A stretch of DNA of 64,000 bases, from the NCBI GenBank assembly GCA_963805065.1, contig CAWDSS010000010.1, positions 147,696 to 211,695 of the forward strand. Reading direction: 5' to 3'. The translations under genes and the position numbers were made by a program. This stretch comes from Candidatus Omnitrophota bacterium. GTDB lineage: Bacteria; Omnitrophota; Gorgyraeia; Gygaellales; Profunditerraquicolaceae. The notes below the pieces were generated by a model. The model saw only the letters and a list, made by a program, of their open reading frames with translations. It was not told the DNA's origin and made no database searches. This document shows positions 63,826 to 64,000 of the stretch, in pieces. The stretch's first letter is position 1, and each line of letters starts with the position of its first letter.

Positions 63826-64000
63826 CTAAGATAAATTTAATCTGCTTCTGATAATTTCCGCCCTCTTTAAATCCCGTTCTTCTGATGAAAGCTTTTTGTT
63901 TTCTATCTTTTGCAGATGTGCTGGCTGCGTAATGATAAATAACTCATTAATCCTGCTACGATTTATATCTTTGACCATGCCAAGGTCGCTTCCCAACCTC
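63826..64000 (-). CDS. mcsB: protein arginine kinase McsB, C-terminal 58 aa (gene starts beyond the window end)
   Basis: My translation reads RLGSDLGMVKDINRSRINELFIITQPAHLQKIENKKLSSEERDLKRAEIIRSRLNLS*. The QPAHLQ...RD..RA block and the position directly upstream of clpC fit McsB. Confidence 0.6.
   Translation of the reverse strand, partial: RLGSDLGMVKDINRSRINELFIITQPAHLQKIENKKLSSEERDLKRAEIIRSRLNLS

Overview
This 64-kb window comes from an AT-rich bacterium that looks diderm (LptF/G, MlaDEF and an AsmA-like gene are present). From about 20.6 kb to the end it is ordinary core genome, almost all on the minus strand. That part holds tRNA-His/Arg/Pro, rph-rdgB, class I fumarate hydratase, queFECD, murI, an amidase, ssrA-smpB, tRNA-Leu, envelope and glycosylation genes, comF and lptFG. 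It continues with alr, tsaBE, thiL, mtnA, tatD, metG, holB, tmk, cysS, cysE, ispFD, radA, mlaDFE and mcsB-clpC. The first ~20 kb is an accessory island next to tRNA-His. Its right end carries a recombination module (excisionase-like HTH, DUF2924, large serine recombinase). It also has a phage packaging module with no structural genes (ParB-methyltransferase, small-terminase-like HTH, TerL) and a small nuclease/XRE cassette. The most interesting part is an ~11-kb, visibly more AT-rich, tightly packed co-directional array at 18.0 to 7.1 kb: Vsr, two paralogous C5-methyltransferases, an MmeI-family N6-methyltransferase with no recognisable nuclease triad, an SF2 helicase, a T5orf172/GIY-YIG-like protein, then a reverse transcriptase with a helical-repeat C-terminal domain whose stop overlaps the start of a Cas4/RecB-like Fe-S nuclease. 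I propose two candidate undescribed defence modules: the RT plus Cas4-like nuclease pair, and the methyltransferase-helicase-T5orf172 triad. They may act as one composite operon. Other points worth a second look are a promoter followed by a terminator giving a ~165-nt transcription unit between the RT module and the packaging genes, two families of conserved intergenic palindromic elements, tandem repeats abutting tRNA-Pro, a Maf-M48 in-frame fusion, and a clpC broken by five same-direction frameshifts. All calls come from reading the sequence and the ORF translations by eye; no database search was run.
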